The notes: generated from the sequence alone by a model not told the origin. Shown: positions 39,166-52,972, counted from the first letter of the stretch. The stretch is DNA of 64,000 bases from Octopus sinensis (GCF_006345805.1 NC_043005.1:15810001-15874000); one strand, 5' to 3'. Numbers and translations: made by a program.

Positions 39166-39559
39166 TCTCTCTATATATAAAGCTGAAGTTGTCTGTGTAT
39201 GGCAGGTTTGGTTGCCTTCATCTAACACTATCTCCTCCAAGACCCTACAGTGCAAGTTGACCGAAATTGAGAGTATGATAGAAGAAGGCTTGCTCTTCCT
39301 TCCATAGAACAAAAAATTCAAATCGGACCATGTTAACACCAAAAATTATTTACATCAAAAAGGTGCTTTTTTTTTATATGAAAATCCCTATTTTTTACGA
39401 ATTTTTGACTGCTGTGTTGCCATTTTACGGTGTATTTCAACCAGAAAAATGTTCACTTAAAGAGAATAACAAGCTACATAATGCAAAATTTTTACTTTTC
39501 AAAAATTCCAATTCTAAAGGGTCAAAACAAACCCGAGCAATGCCGGGCGATACTGCTAG
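39166..39559 (+). mobile_element. Non-autonomous Helitron (different body, same 3' end)
   Basis: A|TC start, CCCGAGCAATGCCGGG hairpin, CTAG|T end. Confidence 0.75.
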
Positions 39560-40570
39560 TACATACATAATCTAAAGAGAGATGTTATTCTCTGAAGGCA
39601 AAATCCAACACAGCCATGTTTATATTGATGTCTGCTTGAATGTGATAAGAATGAATATACCCATCTCATTCTCATCCTCATCATTATTATAATTACTCAA
39701 AAGCAATTACATACTAATTTAATTAGCAGAGATAGTATCCTGAGGTTTGAATCATTCTGAAGACTCCTACAGAGTACAGGACAGGTTGACATTATGTTTC
39801 AATTCCAATATCCTTCAGCCTCAAAGGTAGCAGTTTGGCTGCTGAACCTAGGGCACCAGTCACCACAAAAGCAGTCTTCACTCTGGAATTATGAGATTAT
39901 TAGACAAAATACCTTGTGGCATTTAGTTACGACTCTTTACATTCTGAGTTCTAATCTCAGTCAGGTCATTTTCACCTTTCATCCCTTGAGGGTCAATAAA
40001 ATAAAGTACCAGTCAAGTACTGGGGTTGATAGGTTGGCTGTTGCATAAGATTTGAGATCTTATGTGTATGTATGAAACCATTATCATCATCATCGTGATT
40101 ATTATTATTATTTCAAATTTAATATGATGGAATTTAGATGAGACTATTCTTGGATAAGAAGTCACCACCTATGACCTCAGCCATCCAAAGACTTTCAAAT
40201 GATTTTTGCTGTTCCTAACAATCAAGAGCCAGTTGCATGTATTCTATGTGCTTCTGCCAGCCAATCTTTTCTGTCCACTCCTTTTGCTTTCTTGCCGTCA
40301 TTCCTATGGTTCCAATGACAATTGGTACAACCTTTCTTTTACTGCAACCCTACAGTCTGCTTATCTCTTTCTTCAGGTCCTGGTATATATCTCCCTTGTA
40401 GATTTCTTTTCATTTTATTCTTGTATCAAATGGACAGGCCAAATCAATTAATTAACAAGATATCTGGTCTGTTATACTCTGGGACATGATCTGTTTGGAT
40501 AGGAAAGTCCTAAAGAAGTTTAACCTCATCATTCTCAGTCACTTTTGCAGGTGCATGTCCACACCACTTG

Positions 40571-40928
<358 letters not shown>

Positions 40929-41148
40929 GGTGGCTAGCTAACAGAATAGTTAGCATGCTGGGTGAAATGTTTAGTGGTATTTTGTCTATTGTTATGTATG
41001 CTCTGAGTTCAAATTCCGCCAAGGTCAACTTTTCCTTTCATCCTTTCAGGGTTGATAACCTAAGTACCAGTAAAAAACACTGGGGTTGATGTAATCATCT
41101 AGTCTCCTCCCACCAAATTTCAGGCTTTTTGCCTTGAGTAGAAAGGAT
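40929..41148 (+). mobile_element. SINE family D, diverged
   Basis: GGTGGCTAGCTAACAGAATAGTTAGC..GAGTTCAAATTCCGCCAAGGTCAACTTT. Confidence 0.75.
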
Positions 41149-41903
41149 TATGTTTATTATTGTTGTTGTTGTTATACGATCAATTCCCACTGAGAGTAAT
41201 TTTGATTTTCATTTTGTTTCATAGCCAATGGTTTAACTATCAGTCAGGCATAAGTGCAGATACAATCTGTAGATACAATCAAGCTATCAAAATTGTGAGG
41301 CCTTCTTGCGTTCTGATTCTGAATCCCACCAAGATCAACTTTGCCTTCCGTCCTTTTGAAGTTGATAGAGTACCAGTCATATACTGAGGTCTGTATAATC
41401 TAGTGTTCCTCTCCTCAAATTTCTGGTCTTGGACTTCTGTTAGAAATTGACATTACTATTACAATGAAAATAGACAAACATGTAAAGGACATGTCTTTAG
41501 AAGTTGAATTATGGCCCAAACATTTGAACTAACTTGAAGTTTGTCAATTATTATTATGTTTATCACTGTTGGGTTGCTGAAGACTGGATATTTAGATTTG
41601 CTTGTATGTTTTCAGTGATAACATTTATTAGTACTTTCCAGTCCAATGTTTACAAAATAAATTTCAACACTTGAGGATAATTAGTCGGCACATATATACT
41701 TCAAACAAAAACAAGTCCTTTTCCATCATTTTCTAGCATGTAACATCTGTTGCAAATGAGAGGTGTAAACCAACTGGGTTGTGATAGTTCTAAATATTTG
41801 AACTTAGTTATCTTATTGTTCTTGATTTAATTTCATTGACAGTTTATATAATGGTCCTGTTTAGAATTAATAATTTATAAAAGAAGTGTTAGACTCAACT
41901 TAC

Positions 41904-41957
41904 GATTTCTCCTCTTTCGCCTGGGAATCCTATGGAACCATCTTTGCCTGGATGACC
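41904..41957 (-). CDS. Collagen helix exon, 54 bp (contains GFPGER)
   Basis: GHPGKDGSIGFPGERGEI; AG/GTAAG. Confidence 0.96.
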
Positions 41958-42555
41958 CTAGAATGGGAAATATGAGAAAATGATTATAAATCAATGAATA
42001 GACAAAAGATTAAACACAATTAATACTTTGAAATCAAAGTCTACAAATTTTTCAGCACTAAAGAAGTTGAACATGAATGAAGAGTGGGTCAAAATTCAAA
42101 ATTACTTATAGAGATAATAAAGTAAATTAAGCAACATTTTGGAGGTAATGTTGATTGATACTAACTCTTTTACTCTTTTACTTGTTTTAATCATTTGACT
42201 GCGACCATATATATATATATACATAATCCAGAAACATGATGTTCGCAGATAACCGCCAGACTTCGTTTTCGTTATCTATTCCTTCTGTTTTGCATATGTG
42301 AATTGCAGGGTTTGTCGTGTGTGGAGCCCCACTTGTGGAAAATAGAAATAAGCATTCTTGACTGCTATTTCTACTTTTTCGGTATGCAGTCAAGCAACCT
42401 GTTGCCTGTCCCTTTTTTTCTTATATACAATATATATACTGAACTTTACAGAAGTTCCTACCGTTAATCGGCTATATTTACATACCGAATTCTACCAGTA
42501 AATAATTGTGGTCTTTTTTTAAAAACCATTATAGAAATTATTTACTCTTCTTCTT

Positions 42556-42613
<58 letters not shown>

Positions 42614-42730
42614 ACATATACATATATATATATATATATATCTGTGTGTGTGTATGTGTTTGTGTAATATTAATTTTGTCTAATTAGTGAATGTTGTTCG
42701 AAATGCAAGTAATGATATAATTATACTAAC

Positions 42731-42883
42731 AGAGGGTCCAGTTGGTCCGGGTGGTCCATTAGGGCCTGGAATTCCTTGAATACCTTGTTCTCCTTGGAAT
42801 CCTGGTGGACCAGGTTGACCGTCATCTCCTTTAGGACCAGTAGGTCCAGGAATACCTCTGGCACCTCTCTCTCCTCGTTGTCC
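42731..42883 (-). CDS. Collagen helix exon, 153 bp
   Basis: [51 protein letters not shown]; AG/GTTAG. Confidence 0.96.
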
Positions 42884-44575
42884 CTGTCAACAATGAAAAT
42901 TTGCCAAAATTTTAATCATTTGAACTTTTTTATTAAATGCAATACAGGAGCATTGATTATAAAACAAGGATAATAAATATTAGACAATCTTAAAGAATGT
43001 TAGATAGATAGTATTAAATACTAAATTGGGACATCAGATATTAGCTAGATAGTATTAGATATTATATGGAGATATTGATATTAAATATATTTTAAATAGG
43101 AATATCAAACATTATGTAGTAATATTAAATAATGATATTCTATAAGGATGTTAAATCATTATATCTGCCTTGATAGGTTCATGTGCGCTTTTGGATTTTT
43201 GAATTGCTTAGTAGTTTGAGAATAAAGGCTTTTCCTTGAATGTGATTCTAATCCAATACAAAGTTAAGCCCAACTGCAGCAAACACTCATTTTTATCTGA
43301 TTGGACTGGAGCAACATGACACAAGGCATCTTGCTCAAGAGTATAATGTACCTTCTTGTCTGTAAATCAGTCTTCTGAGTTGACAATCATGAACCCATCA
43401 TTCTAATCCTTAGCTCATGTGACTACACAAATTAATATGTAGCAATAACAAATATATTTAACATTAAATAGAAACATTTAATATTAAACCAACATGTTAG
43501 ATATTCAAAGGAATATTCAGTATTATGTTAGGATATTCAACAGTATGCAGAAATATTAAGTATTAAATAGGAATATTAAATTCTATAAGTAAACATTGTG
43601 AATAGGTTTATATGGAGTTGACTGCAGCATGGGAGATGATAATGGAGAAAGCAAGGGAGAGAAGAATGTTGAAAAGTGTGCAGAGGTTTTGAAAGGGTGC
43701 TAAGAAATGAATGGAGGGAAGAGCTGTGCTTGATGGAGTTAGAGTGCTAGGCTTGCTGTCAGGAAGTGGATTCGCGCTTTGGGTGTGGTTAGATGTGAGA
43801 TGAAAGAGTAAGTGAGGTAGAGTTATGGGGCGCGCAGAAATTTGCAAGCAGCTCTGGAGGAGGTACTGCACAGGGCATCTGAATGCAGTACCAGCCAGCA
43901 AGACAGAGATGTACAGTAGTTAAATGGCCAAAACATCGATGAGATCTGATATACTGCCAATGATCCTCCGGTGTTGGCAGTGAGGGAGTTCGCTGTTAAT
44001 ATTTTATTGATAATTCATAAAAATATTAAATAATACAGAGAAATATTAGTTATTACATATGGATATTAAATATTACATGGGAATATTAAATATTACAATG
44101 GAATATTAATATTGATGTAAATATTAGACAGATATACTAAATATTACATAAGGTCATTAAATATTAGATTGGGATGTTAAATATTACATGGAGACATTAA
44201 TTATTACAAAAATTTAACAATGCAGTTTTCATCTTTATAAGATAATTATTCTACTAATTAGCATTACAAGATGACTTAAATGCTATATATATAAACATTA
44301 TATACATTAATCTCCCATATAGTAATGTGCCCCATCATGTTGATTCAATGTTTTTCATGAGAAATAAACCCATAAATCAATTTAAAAGAGTTAACTGCTA
44401 AGATTTTTAAAGCAAAATAGTATTCAGTATTGTAAGCATATATCTGAGAGGAAAATACATGAGGATTCGTTTTTGTATTTTTTTTTTTTTGTTATTCTCT
44501 TAGTTCTAACCAATTGGCTGTGGCATAATAATAAATAATTAAAAACAAAGTTTAAATAGATTAAATATTACTTAC

Positions 44576-44620
44576 ATTTGGTCCACGCTCACCTCTCTCT
44601 CCAGGTGGTCCAAGCAAACC
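44576..44620 (-). CDS. Collagen helix exon, 45 bp
   Basis: GLLGPPGERGERGPN; AG/GTAAG. Confidence 0.96.
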
Positions 44621-45574
44621 CTGTAAAAGATAACAAAAATAACAGAATAAATGCTTGGAAATGGAAGTCCTTATATGGTAATATCTCAATTCAAAATATT
44701 AGTTCATTCAAACTACTCAAAATACCATATGACTCATAATGCTACAATATTTTGCTTTATGTCTGTGTATATGTAAAATACTATACAGTTTTACATAGTT
44801 ACCAATTTATGTATAAAAAACTACTATTGAATCCAATACTTACTTATGTATGCTGATAGCTGTACAAAATTATATACAAGCATACATACATTTATACATA
44901 CATACATACATGCATTGTAGTTGCAACTCAGTTCCAAACATTACCAATAATCGATTATTCTCTTCAAGCAGCACAGATGTTGCTTTTCAGCCCTGCTAGG
45001 AACCTACACTCTTTTGTACAGTTGCAGAGATGATGGGCACCTCTTACAGCAAGTGTTCAGTGAGTTACTAACCACACTGATTTACATCTTTATTCCATCA
45101 TGGAATTTTGCATTGAGTGGGTTACCTTTTTTGGCTACAATCATTGTTAGTATGAAACACATAATAGCGAGACCTCTAGTCTTTGTTTTGACACTTTTCT
45201 AAGAGAAGGAAAATTTTGATGTGACATACATACATACATATCATACAACACACACACATCTTCATAAGCATTATCCTGTTCCATTTATTTTTCCAAGCTT
45301 GTGAGGTTTGTCTGAGACTCTTTCAACAGTGTGTTTTGCCATTTGTTACTGCCTTTTTTCAGTTCCTTCTGCAGATCAGCACTTCTTACCATTTCTTTTT
45401 GGAATTCCTCTGAAGGTTCCTTCCAATTTAGATTGCTTGGCTTTTCTTCATGCAAATGTTATCTTCCATACACACATCCAAACCAACTCAGTTTTCTCTC
45501 TTGAAAAGGAAGTATTACCTTTGGCCTTGTAGCAGTTTATGATGATACACCTAGACCAGTCTTTGGGATTAATC

Positions 45575-45787
45575 CTTTCTACTGTAGGCTCAAGGCCTGA
45601 AATTTTGAGGGAGGGAGCCAGTCAGTTAGATTGACCCCAGTATGCAACTGGTACTTAATTCATCGACCCCAAAATGATGAGAGGCAAAGTCGATCTCGGT
45701 GGAATTTGAACTTAGAACGTAAAGACAGATGAAATATGCTAAGCATTTCACCTGGTGTGCTAACAATTCTGCCAGCTCACCTCCTTA
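45575..45787 (-). mobile_element. SINE family D
   Basis: Alignable to 20333-20569. Confidence 0.8.
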
Positions 45788-46135
45788 GTCTTTGGGAATA
45801 ATGCCATCATTTGCTACCTTGTTAACTATACAAATGACTGGTTCACGTCCTTCTTCACTGGATATTTCAGTGTAAAATTATATTAAAGGTTATAAGCACT
45901 AAATTGGGATAGAAAAATAAGGCAACAGTGGGTCTGTTACCATGTTTTTGCCTTAAACTGATACTTATGCTGTTCAATATCATTCAATATCATGTAACAT
46001 TATCCTTTTGATTTGTTTAGTTAAAATTATTAAACCACTGTAAAGAATGTTTAGAGAAAATACAATAATATCAAATGAAATATAATAATAATATTGAAAA
46101 AAAAAAAATAATAATGAAATAAATTTTCAACTTAC

Positions 46136-46189
46136 ACCCTTTCCTTTGCTGCCTCGTTTTCCTCGTCTTCCAACCACACCACGCTCACC
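46136..46189 (-). CDS. Collagen helix exon, 54 bp (highly basic)
   Basis: GERGVVGRRGKRGSKGKG; AG/GTAAG. Confidence 0.95.
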
Positions 46190-46580
46190 CTGAAATACAG
46201 AAATGTTTAGAGTGAAATTATTGATAATAGAGATAGATGGTAATATTGGTGTTGCAAAAAAACACTCCAATTATGGCCATCACATTTCATTTCCAGATAT
46301 ACTATATGTGAGATATACTATATATATATATAAACATATATATATAAACATAACGTCACAAGAAATTTGAAAAGCTAAATGCGAAACCGGTCTTTCTTTA
46401 AAAATTATGTCATTATAAAGGAAAAAAAATTTGTTTAAAAAATTTTCTAATATTCTTCAGACATATTGACGCAAATATATATATTTTTTAACATTTAAGC
46501 CTTCTGTCGTTTTTTCACTCTTTACTATTTTATATATATATATAATATATATAGATATATATATATATATATAATTTATA

Positions 46581-46790
46581 TATAATAAAAGCTCAATAGG
46601 GTCTTTTCGTCCCTTTAAATAATTAAAGCTTTTTCACAATAAAATTAATTTCTAATAAATAAAATAGAAACAGTTAAATTCTCGTCAAACCATTCATTCT
46701 AGCCCCAATTTATAAGGCAAATTATTATGCTACCTATGTACAGTTATAATACCGCAGCTGTTAAATATTAATCACCGAGCAGGCTCAACT
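46581..46790 (-). pseudogene. NUMT: nuclear copy of a mitochondrial 16S rRNA (rrnL) fragment
   Basis: Minus strand reads the conserved metazoan mt-16S motifs in order: GCCTGCTCGGTGA, AACAGCTGCGGTATTATAACTGT, GGTAGCATAATAATTTGCC, GAATGAATGGTTTGACGAG, GGGACGAAAAGACCCTATTGAGCTTT. Confidence 0.92.
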
Positions 46791-47492
46791 CAGTGTACAT
46801 GTGACCCCCTTTGTGCTATGGCTGTTAATACAAAGGAGGTAACTATCTCTTCACAACTACAAGGCAGGATTAAAAATTTGAATTTGAAATTAAGGAATAT
46901 GAAGAAGAAACATAAAGTTCACATATAATATTTTATTTTTGCTTTATCTGTTATGAAATTTTTATAATTCCTTATTGTAAAATGGTAAGTTGTGATCAGA
47001 GGGGTATTTGTATTTCCTAGTAGATTGAGCAATTATATAGAGGCTCTATCATTGAATTCTTAACTAAGATGGATTATTTAGGAAGTGAAGTTTAGTTTTG
47101 GCCTACTTTACAGTAAGTGGTTAGTGTATTGGTCTGACTCCATGCTAAGGAGGTGGAGTGGAAGTTGAAGGCTGTCAAAAGTCAACTAGAGTCAGCGACA
47201 GTAGAAGTTAAATGAATGTGAATGGAAAGATGAGATATTTCTCTCTCATGCTTGACAGGAATAACAAACAAGGGAACAGTAAGAGAATTTCAATGAGAGC
47301 AAGTAACAAAACAGAGTAGCTGGTACATTTGACAACAGTATTTTCATTATCAGAAAATACAGCTGTAAAGTATGGTTCAGAGAGGATAACACTAGTTATT
47401 TCCATATATAATATATATAATATATATATATATATATACATATATAATATATATATTATATATATTATATATATATTATATATATATATATG

Positions 47493-47604
<112 letters not shown>

Positions 47605-47608
47605 TTAA

Positions 47609-47646
<38 letters not shown>

Positions 47647-47744
47647 TATATAGTATTATATATATATATATATTATATATATATATATATATAGATAGAT
47701 AGATAGATAGATAGATATAGAGATAGATAATATGCATGTATGTA

Positions 47745-47967
47745 TATATTTCTTTATTGCCTACAGGGAGCTAAACACAGAGGGGAAAAACAAAAGGGAA
47801 TAAATCAATTACATCGACCCCAGTGCGTAACTGGTACTTATTTAATTGACCCCAAAAGGATGAAAGGCAAAGTCGACCTCGGCAAAATTCAAACTCAAAA
47901 CATAACGCCAGATGAAATACTGCAAAGCATTTTGCCCGGCATGCTAATGATTCTGCCAGCTTGCCTT
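47745..47967 (-). mobile_element. SINE family D
   Basis: Alignable to 20333-20569. Confidence 0.8.
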
Positions 47968-48714
47968 ATATATATAAGGAAATATCCTTCATTTAATGGG
48001 ACATTTTTTTTAAAACAGTTATTAATATTATGTTATAAGACTTACACAATCTCTGATGATTTGAAAATGTAACCTGCTTATATGGTTCTCATGATATAAC
48101 AACGTTTATTTTATTATTAATGAAACATGTAAGATGATATACCTAAACAACTAATAAACCAACTCTCCTCTTTTGTTTTTTAGCTTCAGGTCTTGGACCA
48201 AGGGAACATGGACCAGAGGCAAGTACACAACTAGTACTCACATTCAGAGATACAATGGGCCTGCCAGAACTGCCTTTAAGTGATACCTGCACAACCACTG
48301 CATGGTACCTTAAGAATGAAGGAACTCCATGCGATATTAAATGGAAGATCATAAAGCAGTGAGGGTCATATATAAACAGGAGTGGATGATGCAAGCTTTG
48401 CACAGTAAAATGGGCAAGGATCCTTAAAGATTTGTTGCATCCAGAGTCTCTCTTAAATTCATGACACGAGATCTATAGTCCCTGTCCTCATTTCAAATGC
48501 TACCTGCTACAGTTGTTGGATGCCCTGTTCATCAATTAGGGCTGTAAAAGTATTTGTAGACCAAAACCAATCTAAGGACAGGAATTCCACATGTCTTAAC
48601 TTACAATTAAATTTATCTTCCAATATTTTAGGGTCATAATTTCAATATCTTTTGTCTAGATTAATAGAGTCAGTCTCCTTGTTTAAAAAAAGAATTGATT
48701 TCTTTTATACATAC

Positions 48715-48768
48715 CTTTTCTCCAGGTGGGCCTGGGTATCCTGGGAAGCCAGGGATTCCGATGCGTCC
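48715..48768 (-). CDS. Collagen helix exon, 54 bp
   Basis: GRIGIPGFPGYPGPPGEK; AG/GTATG. Confidence 0.96.
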
Positions 48769-49215
48769 CTATATGATTTAATAGAAAATAAAAAAAATTT
48801 AGTTAACATGGTTAACAGATAAACAATGTAAGTGTTAATTTTTATGGGTAATAGAAATCAGTCAACTTATCAAAAGAATGGGTTTGGGATCACATGATGT
48901 ACTTAAACTTTTTGAAGTACACTTGTGGGTAACATAGGGAAACAGAATTGATTTAACTTGGGAGCTGAATTTGAACAAATATGTATATATATATATCATT
49001 GTCATCGTTTTAACATTCACTTTTCCATGCTTGCATGGGTTGGATGGCAGATCTTTTACAGCTTGATACTGTTTCCTAATATGGTAATATTTCCACATGT
49101 GCAGACATGATTTTGCTGAATATTGGAAATATGTACATTATGTGATGTCAAGACAAAGAGACACAAACACATACATACATACATACATACATACATACAT
49201 ACATACATACATACA

Positions 49216-49251
<36 letters not shown>

Positions 49252-49981
49252 TTTACACACACACACATAAAGTGTAGTTGGGTGGTTGTAAGTCCTCAGG
49301 CAGCTCCTGTACATGTGAACCTTTTTTTCAGCACACTCTATATAATCTGGAAGGGTCAACAATATTAAGTAGATTACTGAAGTTTTGGCTAACATGTCTA
49401 GACTTGGGATGAATACTGGCGTGGTTTCCCATTGCCTTCTCCAGGCAGGTGGGATCTGAACTAAGAATGTGTAGAGAGCTGGAAAATATAACATAAAGCT
49501 TCTATCAACATGCCAATGATTCTGTTGCCCTCCCACTTGCAAAACATCAATAGGAGTAAACGAGGTACGTTTTGCTTGACTGAAAGAGCAAGAATCCTGA
49601 AAAATCTCACTTGACTTGGAAAACTTTTTAACTTTAAAAAAGAGGTGTTTAGCCAGTGACCTCATCTGAGGAAATTCCTATTGGAAGCATGGAATTCCCT
49701 GTTTGCCAACTAGGGAACTGCTGTCATCATCAGCCATCTTTGGCCAATCTAAGGGGCATAACTCTGCCTTGCCCTAGGTTTTGCCAGTAGAGTTTTGTTC
49801 CAGAATGTTTTTGTTTACAAAATAAATTAACCATAAAGTTTTCCTTCCTCCAGTTGTAGAGAAGTTATGTGCCTCTGGCCATTTGAATCTCATGCATCAC
49901 CTATACAGCTAAGTGCTTAATAGGTGCAAAAGCAAATCATAACTCTTGTACTGGCTATAACTCACAGCTTCAAAATATATA

Positions 49982-50015
<34 letters not shown>

Positions 50016-51802
50016 GTCATTTCCCAACCATATAGTTTTGAGTTCAGTTCCACTGTATGGCACGTGGCACATTGGACAATTGCCTTCAGATATAATCTCG
50101 AGGCTGGCTAAAACCTAGCTGGGAACTGAAAGAAGCCTTGGGTGTGTGTGTGTCTCCTTGTCTTGACATGACATAATGACAGTTTCCAATTTCCCCCCAA
50201 AATAGGTCTGGTCACAAGGAAATACCAGCTTGCTTGGAAACAGGTGAGAGTCGGTGACAGAAAGGACATCTGGCTGTAAAAGAATCTGCCTCAGTAACTT
50301 CTATTTGAACCATACATGAGTGGATGATTGGACATTAAAATGAGGATGATGATTATTGTATACATTTATATATATTGGTTTTTTGGTATCTAAAAATATC
50401 TTAAGAATTTTCTCTTTGATTAATAACAAAAAAATTGAATATTTTCTATGAAAATAGAAATACTAATAAATCTATTGATAACTCTAATAATGGACCTAAT
50501 AGTAATTATGATAGAACTAACTGTTGTGATTTAAAGATAAATGATATTTTAATACTTATTTATACAAAATAACTTAGTATATAGATGTAGGGTAGAATCT
50601 GAAGGGACAAATTATTTTTACATTGGGTCAACTAAAAATCTCATTAAATGATGTACTGCAAATCATGAATGTACTTTTAGGAACAAGGATAAGTTAAGCA
50701 GTACCACTGTAAGTAAATGTATATGGAAGTTGAAGCATAATAATAAATTATATAACCTTAAATGGCAAATACTTAATCATGCTAGATCTTAAGCAACAGT
50801 AGGGGTTAGTCAACTAATTATTCCTAGACTAGACAGGATTTAAACTCAGAATGTTACAAGTAAGAATGAGATATTACAAGGTATTTGGTGAGTGCTCTGA
50901 TTCTACCCAATATGACTAACAGTAATTACTGGTATTAATAGGATTATTTATAATTTTCTTAGACATGTGACAAATGGGGTCTAGTTGCTTTGGCTGCCAG
51001 CATCAATTTCTGCTTGAATTGATTTCATATTCATTGTAATGATATACTTTTATAGGCTAATGAATGATGTGAAAATCATTTTCGTTATAAATCAACAAAT
51101 AAAGAATTATTAGCAATTAAAATTTGAAAATTTTGGGTAATTTTAACCGCTCACAAGCCATAGACACATTCATGCCTGTTTCCAGAGTAACAAGCCAAAC
51201 ATGAGAACTCTTTTGTTAGCAAGAAAGCACATGTGTTGACAAATATATTCTACATGATGCCATGTGTATTAATGCTGTGTTCTGTTGCTTGTGCCCATCT
51301 GTTGCTCGTACCCAGGTCATGCGATATGCTAAAAATAACAGCTAAATAAGCCTTAAATCACGACCCCACCCTCCATTAAAAATTTTTTTGCATAATCATA
51401 TGAATTCCTGTGTGTAGAGTATAAATTCGTCAAAATTTTCTGAAAATTCCGAATTTTAAAAAAGCTATGAGAGGTTATATGTCATACATTAAGCAGAATT
51501 TGATTTATTTACAGTTTCATATAAAACCATGTTATTTTTAGAATGTTGACAACACATTCAGTTACGCACAAAATAACAGCTACCAAATCCTGTTTCCTGA
51601 CAGGGTGAAAATGATAAAATTTAAACCCCTATAACTTTTTAAAAACATTTTTCTGGAAAAAGTGAAATAACTCCAGTGATTCAGCTTGGAAAATTATATT
51701 AATGTACCAAATTTTAAAAGTTTCGATAAACTTTAATTTTTGAAATGCTTGCAGCCAAACCAACTATATCTGACAAATGTGAAGAAAACATGAGTAACTC
51801 AC

Positions 51803-51856
51803 CTTTTCTCCAGGTGGGCCTGCTGATCCAGTCTCACCAGGTGGTCCATATTCACC
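51803..51856 (-). CDS. Collagen helix exon, 54 bp
   Basis: GEYGPPGETGSAGPPGEK; AG/GTGAG. Confidence 0.96.
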
Positions 51857-51872
51857 CTAGAATATAATAATG

Positions 51873-51903
<31 letters not shown>

Positions 51904-52078
51904 TTTCTTTACTGACAACAAAGGGTTTATGTTAAGGAAAACAATGTAGACAGTACAAGACAAAACAAAGAATGTGTGTGTATGTGTGTGTGTGTGTGCC
52001 TGTGAGTGTTTGTTGCTGTGAGGATTGTGTATGTAAACAAGCTTAAGATAATGGAGGAAAAAAATTCGACAATGTATA

Positions 52079-52740
52079 CAGTGATCCCTTGCTACTTCGC
52101 GGTTCAACTATCATGGATTTACGACTTCGCGGATTTTAAGAATATATATATATATATGAACAGGAATGGGACGACAATATAGTTCATTCTGTGCAATTTT
52201 GCAACGAGGTTGACGAAGTCATGAATCCCTACAAGATGCTCTTTGAATGGAAAAAGAAGCAGCGGCAGCAACTTCCTATCACAAAGTTTTTGCAGCCTCG
52301 CAAAAAAAGAGCCAGTTCCTGCTGCTACTACTATGGTTGCACCTTCGGAAGAAGTGGAAGAAGTGTCCCAGGAAAGGGCACCACCGTCAGCTTCATCATC
52401 ATCATTTCTACTGCACAACAAATTCATCACCATCATCATTCAAATTTTACTTTAACTTCTTTCGTGTTGAGTACAGTAAGAATATTTATTTTTGAAAATC
52501 TAAAGTGCAGGTGGCACATAAAAAGCACCATCCGATCGTGGCCGTTTGCCAGACTCGTCTGGCACCTGTGCCGGTGGCACGTAAAAAGCACCCACTACAC
52601 TCATGGAGTGGTTGGCGTTAGGAAGGGCATCCAGCCGTAGAAACATTGCCAGATCAAACTGGGCCTGGTGCAGCCTTCTGGCTTCCCTGACCCCAGTTGA
52701 ACCGTCCAACCCATGCTAGCATGGAAAGCGGACGCTAAAC

Positions 52741-52776
<36 letters not shown>

Positions 52777-52972
52777 AGTATTATTGCTTAACAGTTGTCC
52801 TTGTTATTAATAGACTACTGTAATGGGTGGGTTGTTAACAGTACAGGGAGGCTCTTAAAAGTCCAAATACACATTAAATAAATACTGTAAATATGGTGTC
52901 CCTACTTCACAGAAATTCAGTTATCGCGGCCAGTCTCAGAACCAATCTACCATGATAAACGAGGGATCACCG
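52079..52972 (+). mobile_element. pogo/Tigger-like non-autonomous DNA element with an RTE 3' fragment nested inside
   Basis: TA-CAGTGATCCCTTG ... CGAGGGATCACCG-TA termini; internal PYKMLFEWKKKQRQQLPITKFLQP resembles Tigger-type C-termini. Confidence 0.75.
52505..52775 (+). mobile_element. RTE LINE 3' UTR fragment nested in the pogo-like element
   Basis: High similarity to 13978-14275; long (GAT)n tail. Confidence 0.8.

Noticed and set aside
43600-43930. Purine-rich stretch with a 97-aa minus ORF (similar regions at about 19930-20200 and 23290-23540)
   Set aside because: Probably very old CR1/Jockey-type LINE ends, but I could not recover convincing motifs; not a host gene.
46358-46400. AAGAAA-TTTGAAAA-GC..GC-GAAA-CCGG-TC-TTTCTT, a possible decayed hammerhead
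   Set aside because: Stem I, the palindromic stem III and GUC fit, but the CUGAnGA box needs several changes; too degenerate to support.
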